The notes under the pieces are model-generated. The model did no database searches. It was not told the origin of the DNA and saw only the letters and a list, made by a program, of their open reading frames with translations. From assembly GCA_041687695.1 (NCBI GenBank), contig JAWLBL010000032.1, forward strand, positions 29,174-93,173: a stretch of DNA of 64,000 bases, given 5' to 3'. Source of the DNA: Myxococcota bacterium (lineage in GTDB: Bacteria > Myxococcota_A > UBA9042 > PHBI01 > JAWLBL01). This document shows positions 38,119-49,176 of this stretch, in pieces. The first letter of the stretch is position 1. Each line of letters starts with the position of its first letter. The position numbers and the translations under genes were made by a program.

Positions 38119-38627
38119 CGCCAGCCCCCAGGTCCGGCGGCGCGGGCCAGGGCGGCCCGGGCGCGGCGGCCGTGGGCGTGGCAGATCGCCGCCGCCAGCG
38201 CGTCCGAGGCGTCGGCCTGCGCGGCGGCCTCGAGCCGCAGGAGCACGCGCACCATCTCGGCCACCTGGGTCTTTTCGGCGCGGCCGCTGCCGGTCACGGC
38301 GCTCTTGATCTCGCTGGGCGCGTACTCGGCGACGTCGAGGCCGCGGCAGGCCACCATGATGGCGCCGCGCGTGTGCCCCAGCTTCAGGGCCGAGTCGACG
38401 TTCTTGGACACGAAGCAGCGCTCGAGCGACAGGGTGCCGGGGGACCACTCGGCGACGACGGCGGCGATCGCCTGGTGGATGACGCCGATGCGCTCCCACA
38501 GCGGGTCGGCCGCGCGCGTCCGCACGACCCCGTGGGTCAGGTGCCGGACGGCGCCGGAGCGGTCGTCCACCTCGACCAGGCCATAGCCGGTCACGTGGGT
38601 GCCTGGGTCGACGCCGAGGATGCGCAT
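38115..38627 (-). CDS. ruvC: Crossover junction endodeoxyribonuclease RuvC
   Basis: MRILGVDPG, IKSAVTGSGRAEKTQV and DASDALAAAICH. Confidence 0.97.
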   Translation of the reverse strand: MRILGVDPGTHVTGYGLVEVDDRSGAVRHLTHGVVRTRAADPLWERIGVIHQAIAAVVAEWSPGTLSLERCFVSKNVDSALKLGHTRGAIMVACRGLDVAEYAPSEIKSAVTGSGRAEKTQVAEMVRVLLRLEAAAQADASDALAAAICHAHGRRARAALARAAGPGGWR

Positions 38628-38776
38628 GGCTCGGCAGACTACTCGCGGCGCGGTCCGCTCGCCACCTCAACCGGCGCGGGAAAAATCCGCCGCTGGCGCG
38701 GTGCTCCATGCTGGCGTTATTGAGTACCCGCTTCTATAACCTCCGTCCGACCTTTGTTCGCCAGGAGTGCCGTTTC

Positions 38777-39469
38777 ATGCTGACCGAGGCTCTGTCCGAC
38801 TTCTTCGACTCGCTCGGCGCCGAGTGGGTGCTGTGGCTGCTCGTCATCCTGAGCGCGGTGTCGGTCCTGGTCATCGTCGAGCGGGCGCTGTACTTCCGGC
38901 GCAACAGCGTCGACATGGAGTCGCTGCGCAAGCGGACGGTCGACGCGCTGCGGCGCGGCGGCAAGGACGAGGCGCGCAAGGTGGTCGCGGGCGTGCCGGG
39001 GATGGCCGGCGGTGTGCTGGACGCGGCGCTCGAGGCCTACGACGACGGCGTCGAGTCGATGGAGGAGGTCATCGCCGCCTCGATCACGCTGCAGCGCAGC
39101 CGCTACGACCGCTTCCTGGGCATCCTGGGCACCCTGGGCAACAACGCGCCCTTCATCGGGCTGCTGGGCACGGTCATCGGCATCATCAACGCCTTCGGGC
39201 AGCTCGCGGGCGCGCTCGAGGGCTCGGCGCGCACCCAGCAGGTGATGCACAGCATCTCCGAGGCGCTGGTCGCGACCGGCGTCGGCCTCGCGGTCGCCAT
39301 CCCGGCCGTCATCGCCTTCAACGTCTTCAAGAACCGCATCCGCCGCATGGCCGCCGACTCCGAGTGGCTGGCGCGGCACCTGCTGGCCTACCTCAAGGCG
39401 ACGCCGAACCGCGCGCAGGGCCCGGCGTTGGTCGACGGCGCGGCGGCCGCCGGCGCCAAGGAGGCGTGA
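38777..39469 (+). CDS. exbB: MotA/TolQ/ExbB proton channel protein
   Basis: LGTLGNNAPFIGLLGTVIGII and ISEALVATGVGLAVAIPAV; RBS AGGAG. Confidence 0.92.
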   Translation: MLTEALSDFFDSLGAEWVLWLLVILSAVSVLVIVERALYFRRNSVDMESLRKRTVDALRRGGKDEARKVVAGVPGMAGGVLDAALEAYDDGVESMEEVIAASITLQRSRYDRFLGILGTLGNNAPFIGLLGTVIGIINAFGQLAGALEGSARTQQVMHSISEALVATGVGLAVAIPAVIAFNVFKNRIRRMAADSEWLARHLLAYLKATPNRAQGPALVDGAAAAGAKEA

Positions 39470-39470
39470 G

Positions 39471-39914
39471 ATGGCCGGTGGCGCCAAGCTCGGCGGCGAC
39501 GACGACGAGGGCATCAGCGAGATCAACGTCGTCCCGCTGGTCGACATCATGATGGTGCTGCTCGTCATCTTCATGGTGACGACGCAGTTCGTGCAGGACG
39601 AGCTGAAGAACCGAACGCCGCCCAACGTGCCCATCGAGCTGCCCAAGGCAGCCAGCGCCCAGGAGACCAACCCGCAGCTGCTGTCGCTGGTCATCAACCG
39701 AGAGGGCGCGCTGTTCCTCAACGGGAAGGAGTCGACCCTCGACGACGTCAAGGCCTTCGTGGGCGACATGAAGGCGAAGGGCGCGAAGATGGAGGCGATG
39801 GTGGCGGCGGACGAGCGGCTCAGCCACGGGCAGGTGATCGAGGTGGTCGACGCGCTGCGCCTGCTGGGCGTCGGCGATGTCGGCATCAACACCAAGAAGC
39901 AGGAGATCGAGTAG
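39471..39914 (+). CDS. exbD: ExbD/TolR biopolymer transport protein
   Basis: EINVVPLVDIMMVLLVIFMV. Confidence 0.93.
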   Translation: MAGGAKLGGDDDEGISEINVVPLVDIMMVLLVIFMVTTQFVQDELKNRTPPNVPIELPKAASAQETNPQLLSLVINREGALFLNGKESTLDDVKAFVGDMKAKGAKMEAMVAADERLSHGQVIEVVDALRLLGVGDVGINTKKQEIE

Positions 39915-41024
39915 ATGGCGGGGGGCGCGCAGGGGGGCGCGCGCTGGGGCGGGGCGCTGGCGGCTGCGCTGGTGGTGCACGCCGCGGTCGGCGTCGTCGT
40001 CTGGCGGTCGATGACCCCGCTGCGGCCGACCCTCGAGTGCGTGCAGCCCAACGCCGACGGCAGCTTCACCGCCATCTTCGGCTATCTGAACGAGGACGAG
40101 GCGCCCATCGAGATCCCGGTGGGCGCCGACAACGGCTTTCGGGTGGGCGAGGTCGACCGGGGGCAGCCGCGCACGCTCCTGCCCGGCCGTCACCGCAAGG
40201 CCTTCGAGGTGCGCTTCCGCGAGGGCGAGCTGGTCTGGCGCCTCGACAAGCGCGAGGCGCGTGCCACCACCGAGTCGCCGGCCTGCGAGAAGCCCCCACC
40301 CAAGATGGTCGCCAGCTACGACGTGGGCGAGCTGGTCAAGCTCAAGCCCATCGAGCCGCCGCCTGAGCCGCCGCCGGAGCCACCGCCCGAGCCTCCGCCC
40401 GAGGAGCCCAAGCCGCCGACGCAGGACGAGGCCAAGCCGAACGACCAACCCGAGCCGACGCGCAAGCCCAAGAACCACATCCAAAAGCGCGGCCAGCCCA
40501 AGAAGACCAAAGAGTCGACCAAGAAGCCCGCGGCCGACCAGCCCAAGAGCGAGCCGGCGCCGCTGGTGCTCGAGAACGTCAACCTGACGGGCGGCATCAA
40601 CGTCCAGAAGGGGGATCAGGACCTCTTCGGCGACCCGTCGGTGGCCGCCAACGACCGCAACACCAACGTCGAGAAGGTCGACGACCCGGACGCCGTGCCG
40701 GACAAGGTCGGGACCGGAGGCGGCAGCCCGGGCGGGACCGGCAAGGCGCCGGTCTGGAAGAAGCCGCGCGTGAAGGTCTCGGTCGAGGGCAAGTACCCCG
40801 AGGACGCGCCGCGCCTCGGGCGCACCGTGCGCGTGCGGCTCAGCGTGCTGGTCGGGCCGGACGGGCGGGTCAAGCAGGTCAAGTACGTCGAGCGCGCCGG
40901 CGGCGCCTTCGACCGCGAGGCGCGGCGGGTCGCGATGCAGCTGGTATTCGAGCCGGCCACCAAGGACGGCGAGCCGGCCGAGATGTGGATCCCCTGGCCG
41001 GTCGAGTTCCAGCCCGAAGGTTGA
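39915..41024 (+). CDS. TonB-family energy transducer with an extra Cys-bounded periplasmic domain
   Basis: N-terminal TM with His (ALVVHAAV); (EPPP)n linker; TonB_C-like YPEDA...VRLSVLVGPDGRV...FDREA...FEPATKDGEP. Confidence 0.88.
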   Translation: MAGGAQGGARWGGALAAALVVHAAVGVVVWRSMTPLRPTLECVQPNADGSFTAIFGYLNEDEAPIEIPVGADNGFRVGEVDRGQPRTLLPGRHRKAFEVRFREGELVWRLDKREARATTESPACEKPPPKMVASYDVGELVKLKPIEPPPEPPPEPPPEPPPEEPKPPTQDEAKPNDQPEPTRKPKNHIQKRGQPKKTKESTKKPAADQPKSEPAPLVLENVNLTGGINVQKGDQDLFGDPSVAANDRNTNVEKVDDPDAVPDKVGTGGGSPGGTGKAPVWKKPRVKVSVEGKYPEDAPRLGRTVRVRLSVLVGPDGRVKQVKYVERAGGAFDREARRVAMQLVFEPATKDGEPAEMWIPWPVEFQPEG

Positions 41025-41110
41025 CAGCGTCTCGGTAAGGGTTGCCCGGGCAGGCCCTGGCCGCATACAGTCCGGCGCATGCCTCGCCCGACCGGGACCC
41101 CGAGCGCGCC

Positions 41111-42934
41111 TTGAGGCGCCGCGCCGCGCAGCTCCTCGCGACCTTCGCGGTCGCGCTCGCCGTGTTGGCGGCCGACGACGCGCCGGCGCGGGCGGCGTTG
41201 GTCTGGGAGCAGAGCGGCCCGGCCGCCGCCGAGGCCCTGACGGCGGTGACCACCGACCCCGGCGACCCGCGCGTGGTCTGGGTGGCGGGCGGCCGCAACG
41301 TCTGGGTCAGCGACGACGCCGGCGACTCGTGGAATCTGGTGCTGCTCATCGCGCAGGGCACGCGCGAGCGGGTCGAGGAGGTCGACGACGGCCTCGCGCT
41401 CGATGACGGGGACCGCCGCGACGACGGCGACGACGAGGACGAGGAGGGCTTCGAGGACGGCGACTCCTTCGACGACGAGGCGCTGCTCGAGGCCGGACGG
41501 GACACCCTGGAGGGCCAGGTCGGCGAAGGCGGCGAGGACGGGGAGGAGGGCCTGGGGTCCGACGCGGCCGAGTCGCTCGAGGAGGCCATGGCGCGGGCCG
41601 ACGCGCCCGGGGTCCTCGAGGCGCGGCTGGGGAGCGAGATCGTCCGGCTCCGGGTCATCGGCGACAGCGTGTACGTCGCCGCCGGGCGCGGGCTGTGGGT
41701 CATCGATCGGGCGGCGCGCACCTTGGGCAGCGGACAGGAGGTGCGCTTCGGGCGGCAGGTGGCGGTGCTGGACGTGGCGCCTCGCGTCGAGGGCGGCCTG
41801 TGGCTCGCGACCACGCGCGGGCTGCTGGTCGTCGAGCCCAACGGCATGGCCGTCCCGGCGCAGGGGCAGCTGGGCAACGACCCCATCCGCGCCCTGCTGC
41901 CGCTGCCGGACGGCCTGCGGGTGGCGGCGCCGGACGACGTGTGGACATCGAGCGACAGCGGCTTCGTCCCGTCCGGCCTGACCCTGTCGTCGGGCGCCGT
42001 GGTCGACATGGTCCCGGCGCCCGGGGCCGACTACGCGGCCGCGGCGACGACCGAGGTCTTCGTGGTCGCGCGCACCGAGGCCGGCGCGCCGACGGTCGCC
42101 GCGTCCTGGCCGGTGCCGCCGGTCGCGCGTGTGGGCGTCGGGCGTGACGGGGATCTGTGGGCGGTCGGCAGCTCGGGCGTGTGGCGTCGCACCGCCGAGG
42201 GGGCCGGCTGGGAGCCGCGGATGGAGGGCCTGCCCCAGGGGCAGCTGGCGGACGTCGCGGTCGCGCGCGAGGGCGTCGCCTGGATGTGGGTGGTCGGGGC
42301 CCGCGGGGCCTATCGGCTCATCACCGAGCGGGACCGCGTCTGGAGCCGCCGCGCCCGCGCGCTGGCCGGTCAGGCCGTCAAGGGCGTCCCCACGGTCACC
42401 GACGTCTTCGAGGCGGCGGCGCGCCACCGACGGGTCGATCTAGAGGGGGTGGGCGCCTTTCGCATCCAAAAAGGCCTGTCCTTCCTGCTGCCGGACGTCC
42501 AGCTGCGCGTCCGGGAGGTGCGGATGCGCGATGAGAGCCGGCCGTTCGCCCTGGTGCTGGGCTCGCGCATCACCCAGGAGGTGCGCATCGTCCCGCTGCG
42601 CGACGAGGTCCGGATCGAGGCCGAGTGGGATCTCTACCCAGCCCTGACCGCGCTGATGGGGCTCGAGCCGGAAGGCGGCCTGGAGTTCACCCGCGAGTAC
42701 GATAGACGCAGGCGGGCGCGCGAGCGCCTGCGCGAGAGCTTGGCCCCGCTGTACAACGAGTGGCTGCGGCTGCGTGTGCTCGCGTCCGTGAGCGCCAGCG
42801 CCGAAGGGCGCCAGGCCGTGCGCGAGCGCCTCATCCTCGAGCAGCTCGAGGCCGATCTCTACGCCATCACCGGCGGCTGGTTCTCACCGCCGCCGCTCGA
42901 CTCCGCTCCCGACGACCCAGGAGACGCTCCATGA
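41111..42934 (+). CDS. Exported protein: beta-propeller with acidic insert plus a C-terminal single OEP/TolC-like repeat
   Basis: Signal peptide from TTG 41111 (track start 41042); SDDAGDSW Asp-box; LWLATTRGL-type blades; C-terminal LLP...WDL...LY...ADLYAITGGWFS. Confidence 0.7.
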   Translation: MRRRAAQLLATFAVALAVLAADDAPARAALVWEQSGPAAAEALTAVTTDPGDPRVVWVAGGRNVWVSDDAGDSWNLVLLIAQGTRERVEEVDDGLALDDGDRRDDGDDEDEEGFEDGDSFDDEALLEAGRDTLEGQVGEGGEDGEEGLGSDAAESLEEAMARADAPGVLEARLGSEIVRLRVIGDSVYVAAGRGLWVIDRAARTLGSGQEVRFGRQVAVLDVAPRVEGGLWLATTRGLLVVEPNGMAVPAQGQLGNDPIRALLPLPDGLRVAAPDDVWTSSDSGFVPSGLTLSSGAVVDMVPAPGADYAAAATTEVFVVARTEAGAPTVAASWPVPPVARVGVGRDGDLWAVGSSGVWRRTAEGAGWEPRMEGLPQGQLADVAVAREGVAWMWVVGARGAYRLITERDRVWSRRARALAGQAVKGVPTVTDVFEAAARHRRVDLEGVGAFRIQKGLSFLLPDVQLRVREVRMRDESRPFALVLGSRITQEVRIVPLRDEVRIEAEWDLYPALTALMGLEPEGGLEFTREYDRRRRARERLRESLAPLYNEWLRLRVLASVSASAEGRQAVRERLILEQLEADLYAITGGWFSPPPLDSAPDDPGDAP

Positions 42935-43608
42935 AGACCCTCGCCCTCGCCAGCCTCCTCGCGCTCGGCGTCCCGACGATCGCCGCGGCTCAGGACGGCG
43001 GCAACGTGCGCGTCCGCGTCGACCAGGCGCTGGCCCAGTTCCGCGGCGAGCCCGACGTGCGCGCCGTGCAGGAGGCCGCCGTCCGCTTCGCGCGCGCCAA
43101 CCCCGAGGTCTACGACGGCTGGTTGAGCTCGGCGCGCTGGGCCAACCTGCTGCCCCACCAGCTGCGTGGCAAGATCGTGCGGCTCACGCGTGACGAGACC
43201 GACGTCCGCGTGACCCTCGGCACCGACGTGCGGGTCGACCTCGTCACCTTCGACGAGCACGTCCGCTACGAGGGGCAGGTCGAGTGGGACCTGTCGCGCC
43301 TGGTCTTCAACACCGACCAGCTGCGCGTCGCCAGCGAGACCACCAAGCTGACCGAGCACGCGACCGACGTGATGACGACCGTCAACAAGCTGTACTTCGC
43401 CCGCCGCGAGCTGCAGCTCGAGCTGACGCTGAACCCGCCGAACGACGTCCGCAACGCCCTGCGCATCGAGCTGCGGATCGCCAGCCTGACGGCCGACCTC
43501 GACGCCCTGACCGGCGGCTGGTTCTCGCAGCAGCTGGGCCCGCGGACGGGCGCCGCCCCTCGGCCCGGCGCCTCGTCGAGCGTCGCCGCGAGCCCCCTCG
43601 CCCCCTGA
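42931..43608 (+). CDS. Exported protein made of a single OEP/TolC-like repeat, paralogue of the upstream gene's C-terminal domain
   Basis: ATGA overlap, RBS AGGAG, signal peptide; LLP...WDL...LYF...ADLDALTGGWFS. Confidence 0.75.
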   Translation: MKTLALASLLALGVPTIAAAQDGGNVRVRVDQALAQFRGEPDVRAVQEAAVRFARANPEVYDGWLSSARWANLLPHQLRGKIVRLTRDETDVRVTLGTDVRVDLVTFDEHVRYEGQVEWDLSRLVFNTDQLRVASETTKLTEHATDVMTTVNKLYFARRELQLELTLNPPNDVRNALRIELRIASLTADLDALTGGWFSQQLGPRTGAAPRPGASSSVAASPLAP

Positions 43609-43630
43609 GGGCGGGCGGGCGGGCGGCCTA

Positions 43631-44704
43631 CTACCCTTCCTGGCCCTTGAGCAGCTCGGCGTTGAAGTACGCCGTGCACGCGCCGATGAGCTCCTCGAGG
43701 TCGCCCTCGATGATGGCGTCGAGCTTGTACAGGGTCAGGTTGATGCGGTGGTCGGTCAGCCGGTTCTGCGGGAAGTTGTAGGTCCGGATGCGCTCGGAGC
43801 GGTCGCCGGAGCCGACCATGGCCTTGCGCGCCTCGGACTCCTGAGCGTGGGCCTTGCTGCGCTCGATCTCGAGCATGCGCGAGGCCAGCACCTTGAGGGC
43901 CTTGGCCTTGTTCTTGTGCTGGGACTTCTCGTCCTGGCAGATGACCACGAGCCCGGTCGGGATGTGGGTCACGCGAACGGCGCTGTCGGTCGTGTTGACG
44001 CTCTGGCCGCCCGAGCCGGACGAGCGGTAGACGTCGATGCGGAGGTCCTTGTCCTGGATGTCCACCTCGACCTCGTCGGCCTCGGCCATGACGGCGACCG
44101 TGCAGGTCGAGGTGTGGATGCGGCCCTGGCTCTCGGTCGCGGGCACGCGCTGGACGCGGTGGACGCCCGACTCGAACTTGAGGCGCGCGTACACGCGGTC
44201 ACCGGCGATGCGGGCGATGACCTCTTTGTAGCCGCCGACCTCGCTCTCGCTGGCGCTGATGAGCTCGACCTGCCAGCGCTGCGTCTCGGCGTAGCGCATG
44301 TACATGCGCAGCAGATCCGCGGCGAACAGCGACGCCTCGTCCCCTCCGGTCCCGGCGCGGACCTCGAGGAAGATGTCCCGGTCGTCGTTGGGATCCTTGG
44401 GCAGCAGCAGGAACTTGAGCTGCTGCTCGAGCTCGACGAGGCGTGGCTCGAGCGCGTCGATCTCGGCCCGGGCCATGTCGCGCATGTCCGGGTCGGAGTC
44501 GGCGAGCAGCTCGCGCGCGCTGGCCAGATCGGCGCGCGCCTGCTTGTAGTCGCGCCAGACCTGGACGGTCTCCTCGATCGCGCTCTGCTCGCGGGCGACC
44601 TCGGCGTAGGCCTTGGGATCGCCCGCGATGGCAGGGTCGCCCATCCGGGAGGTCAGCTCCTCGTAGCGTCTCTCGACGCTGTCGAGCTGCGAGAACTGAG
44701 GCAT
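43631..44704 (-). CDS. prfA: Peptide chain release factor 1
   Basis: [12 protein letters not shown] (PxT motif), [13 protein letters not shown] and RTYNFPQNR. Confidence 0.98.
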   Translation of the reverse strand: MPQFSQLDSVERRYEELTSRMGDPAIAGDPKAYAEVAREQSAIEETVQVWRDYKQARADLASARELLADSDPDMRDMARAEIDALEPRLVELEQQLKFLLLPKDPNDDRDIFLEVRAGTGGDEASLFAADLLRMYMRYAETQRWQVELISASESEVGGYKEVIARIAGDRVYARLKFESGVHRVQRVPATESQGRIHTSTCTVAVMAEADEVEVDIQDKDLRIDVYRSSGSGGQSVNTTDSAVRVTHIPTGLVVICQDEKSQHKNKAKALKVLASRMLEIERSKAHAQESEARKAMVGSGDRSERIRTYNFPQNRLTDHRINLTLYKLDAIIEGDLEELIGACTAYFNAELLKGQEG

Positions 44705-44879
44705 GGGTGCGTCCTGGCGTCACGCGCGGGGAGGCCTCGCCGCGCCTGACGGCGTCAGGGCGAGGCCCGGTGCTCGAACCAGCGGCCAAAGCCGAAGCGC
44801 CGCGCCGCATGCCGGGAGCGCTTGGCAGCACACCCGGGTGGCAGGTCGCGGCGCCGGCCGAAGGCAGGGACGCGTGAGG

Positions 44880-45131
44880 CTACTTGCCTTCGATCTTCGC
44901 GTACTTGCGGCGGAACCGGTCGATGCGCCCCTCGGTGTCCATGAGCTTCTGCTTGCCCGTGTAGAAGGGGTGCGTGAACGACGTGATGTCGCAAGGGATG
45001 ACGTAGTGCGTCACGCCGTCGATCTCGCGGGTCTCGCGGCTGGTGACCGTCGAGCGGGTGACGATCTCGTTGCCCGTGGACACGTCCACGAAGATGACGG
45101 GGTTGTACTTCGGGTGGATTTCAGGCTTCAC
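44880..45131 (-). CDS. rpmE: 50S ribosomal protein L31, type B (no CxxC pairs)
   Basis: MKPEIHPKY...HPFYTGKQK...[10 protein letters not shown]. Confidence 0.95.
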   Translation of the reverse strand: MKPEIHPKYNPVIFVDVSTGNEIVTRSTVTSRETREIDGVTHYVIPCDITSFTHPFYTGKQKLMDTEGRIDRFRRKYAKIEGK

Positions 45132-45239
45132 GGTGGTCTCCGACGTGGCTCGTCACGCTGCGAGAGGCGGTGCTTGTAGCCGAGGTCGACCGCCGGCGCA
45201 AGCGATAAGCCGGCGCACGGTTGGCCGGCGTCACGGTCC

Positions 45240-46487
45240 CTACTGGCTCATCGAGTCCAGGAACTCTCGGTTGCTCTCGAACTGCGAGAGCTTGTCGAGC
45301 AGGAACTCCATCGTGTCGACCGGATTCAGCGGGTGCAGCAGCTGCCGCAGGATCCACACGCGGTTCATCGTCACCGGATCGGTCAACAGCTCCTCCTTGC
45401 GCGTGCCGGACTTGTTGATGTCCAGGGTGGGGAAGATGCGCTTTTCCATCAGCTTGCGGTCGAGGTGCATCTCGCAGTTGCCGGTGCCCTTGAACTCCTC
45501 GAAGATCACCTCGTCCATGCGGCTGCCGGTGTCGACCAGGGCCGTGGCGATGATGGTCAGGCTGCCGCCGTCCTCGATGTTGCGGGCCGCGCCGAAGAAG
45601 CGCTTGGGCTTGTGCAGCGCGTTGGCGTCGACGCCGCCCGACAGGATCTTGCCCGACGGCGGCACGACGGTGTTGTAGGCGCGCGCGAGGCGGGTGATGG
45701 AGTCGAGCAGGATGACGACGTCGCGCTTGTGCTCGACCAGGCGCTTGGCCTTCTCGATGACCATCTCGGCGACCTGCACGTGCCGCTGCGCCGGCTCGTC
45801 GAAGGTCGAGCTGATGACCTCGCCCTTCACCGAGCGCTGCATGTCGGTGACCTCCTCGGGCCGCTCGTCGATGAGCAGGACGATGAGGTAGACCTCCTTG
45901 TGGTTGCGCGAGATGGCGTTGGCGATGTCCTGCATCAGGACGGTCTTGCCGGTGCGCGGGGGCGCCACGATGAGGGCGCGCTGGCCTTTGCCGAGCGGCG
46001 TCAGGAGATCGATGATGCGGGTCGAGTAGTTCTCGGGATCGTTCTCGAGGACGAGGCGGCTCTCCGGGTACAGCGGCGTCAGGTTGTCGAAGAGCGTCTT
46101 GGTCCGCGCGACCTCGGGGTCCTCGTAGTTGATCGCCTCGACCTTGAGCAGCGCGAAGTAGCGCTCGCCCTCCTTGGGCGGCCGGATCTGGCCCGAGACC
46201 GTGTCGCCGGTCTTCAGGTTGAAGCGGCGGATCTGGCTGGGCGAGACGTAGATGTCGTCCGAGCCCGGGAAGTAGTTGTAGTCGGGGGCGCGCAGGAAGC
46301 CGAACCCGTCCGACAGGGTCTGCAGCACGCCCTCGCCATAGATGAGGCCGCTCTTCTCGGTCTGCGCCTGCAGGATGGCGAAGATCAGCTCGTGCTTGCG
46401 CATCCCGCGCGCGCCCTCGACCCCGAGGTCGGTCGCGAGCTTGAGCAGGTCGTTGATCTTCATTTGCTTGAGGTCGCGCAGGTGCAT
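45240..46487 (-). CDS. rho: Transcription termination factor Rho
   Basis: [38 protein letters not shown] and FEEFKGTGN. Confidence 0.98.
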   Translation of the reverse strand: MHLRDLKQMKINDLLKLATDLGVEGARGMRKHELIFAILQAQTEKSGLIYGEGVLQTLSDGFGFLRAPDYNYFPGSDDIYVSPSQIRRFNLKTGDTVSGQIRPPKEGERYFALLKVEAINYEDPEVARTKTLFDNLTPLYPESRLVLENDPENYSTRIIDLLTPLGKGQRALIVAPPRTGKTVLMQDIANAISRNHKEVYLIVLLIDERPEEVTDMQRSVKGEVISSTFDEPAQRHVQVAEMVIEKAKRLVEHKRDVVILLDSITRLARAYNTVVPPSGKILSGGVDANALHKPKRFFGAARNIEDGGSLTIIATALVDTGSRMDEVIFEEFKGTGNCEMHLDRKLMEKRIFPTLDINKSGTRKEELLTDPVTMNRVWILRQLLHPLNPVDTMEFLLDKLSQFESNREFLDSMSQ

Positions 46488-46647
46488 CGTGGGGCCTCGG
46501 AGGGCGGAGCGGAGCGGTGGGGTGGGGACCCGTGGGCGCGGGGGAGGTGCGCTGGTGGGGCGAGGAGGGAGCGAGGGAGGCGAGGTGCGTCGGCCTGAAA
46601 ACCGACGCACCTGCACAAAAGCTAGGCTAAATCCTGAGGTCCGGCTG

Positions 46648-48156
<1,509 letters not shown>

Positions 48157-48367
48157 GGCTCCCTCCTGCTGCAGGCCGTCCGGGCGGACTGTCATCCGAC
48201 GCCCTCCGGCTGTCAATCCGAGGGGTTGCCAGCGCGCCGCAAGCGGCGCCCGCCCGCCCGCCTGCTCGGCTCGTCGGTCGCCTCCGCCGCTCCCGGTCCC
48301 TCGCCGCCGCCCGCCCGCCGCCACCCTTGACGCCGACCACGTCGATCGGCCGCGCCCCAGGCCGATC

Positions 48368-48542
48368 TGCGACACCTCGTGGCCGCCGATGGGACACTCT
48401 GGAACACCTCGAACCAGGCTCTGAGACACTCCCACGCCCAACTGACACACCTCCCCTGTCCCACCGCGGCCCCCAGGAGACCATCGGGTGGTGCGAACGG
48501 TCGTCTGATCAATGGGTTACGGCGCCTGGCACGGCGCGTGCG
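48368..48542 (+). promoter_or_regulatory. Sigma-54 promoter with IHF-like site and phased upstream repeats
   Basis: TGGCACG-GCGC-GTGC at 48527; ATCAA-N4-TTA at 48508-48519; TG-NN-ACAC repeats at 48368, 48390, 48400 and 48422. Confidence 0.6.
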
Positions 48543-48612
48543 ATGGCCGCGCTCCGTCCGCGCCGCGGCGGCCGGCCGGACGCTCCCTGTCCCGCCGCCT
48601 CAGGAGTGAGCC

Positions 48613-49059
48613 ATGTCGACCTTCGCCAATCCCTCCCTGTCCGTGAACACCACCCCCAGCCGTCGCATCGTCCGGGCGGCGCTGACCGCCCTGACCCTGC
48701 TGGCGCTCTCGTTCGGCGCCGGCCAGGCGGCGCTCGCCGCCGCTCCGGGCCCCGACGAGGTCAAGCCCGCCGCCGAGGGCGTGGTCAACATCAACACGGC
48801 CACGCCCGACCAGCTGGGTTACCTGCCCGGCATCGGGCCGGCCAAGGCGCAGCGCATCGTCGAGTACCGCGCCAAGCGGCCCTTCGCGCGGCCGGTCGAG
48901 CTGGCCCGCGTCCGCGGCATCGGCCTCAAGACCGTGCGCAAGCTGCAGCCCTGGCTGACCGTCAAGGGCCAGACCACGCTCGAGGCCCCCGTCGGCGGCA
49001 AGAAGAAGAAGGCGCGCGGCGACAAGCCCCGTACGGCCAAGGCGCCCGGCCACGGGTGA
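48613..49059 (+). CDS. comEA: ComEA-family helix-hairpin-helix DNA-binding protein, exported
   Basis: Signal peptide; VNINTAT...LPGIGPAKAQRIVEYR...VRGIG; basic tail. Confidence 0.9.
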   Translation: MSTFANPSLSVNTTPSRRIVRAALTALTLLALSFGAGQAALAAAPGPDEVKPAAEGVVNINTATPDQLGYLPGIGPAKAQRIVEYRAKRPFARPVELARVRGIGLKTVRKLQPWLTVKGQTTLEAPVGGKKKKARGDKPRTAKAPGHG

Positions 49060-49176
49060 CGGCCGCGTCGGGCGGGCGGCGCTCGGGCATCCGGCCCGCG
49101 CGTCCGCCCGGCTCCCGCGACGCGCGGGCGTGTGCTTCGCCTTCGCCTGCGTCTTCCCGCGTGCTAGCGTGCGCGC

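Noticed and set aside
38777..41024. Tol-Pal or gliding-motility (Agl/Glt) operon
   Set aside because: No tolB/pal or recognisable glt genes are adjacent; the third gene has a TonB_C-like end.
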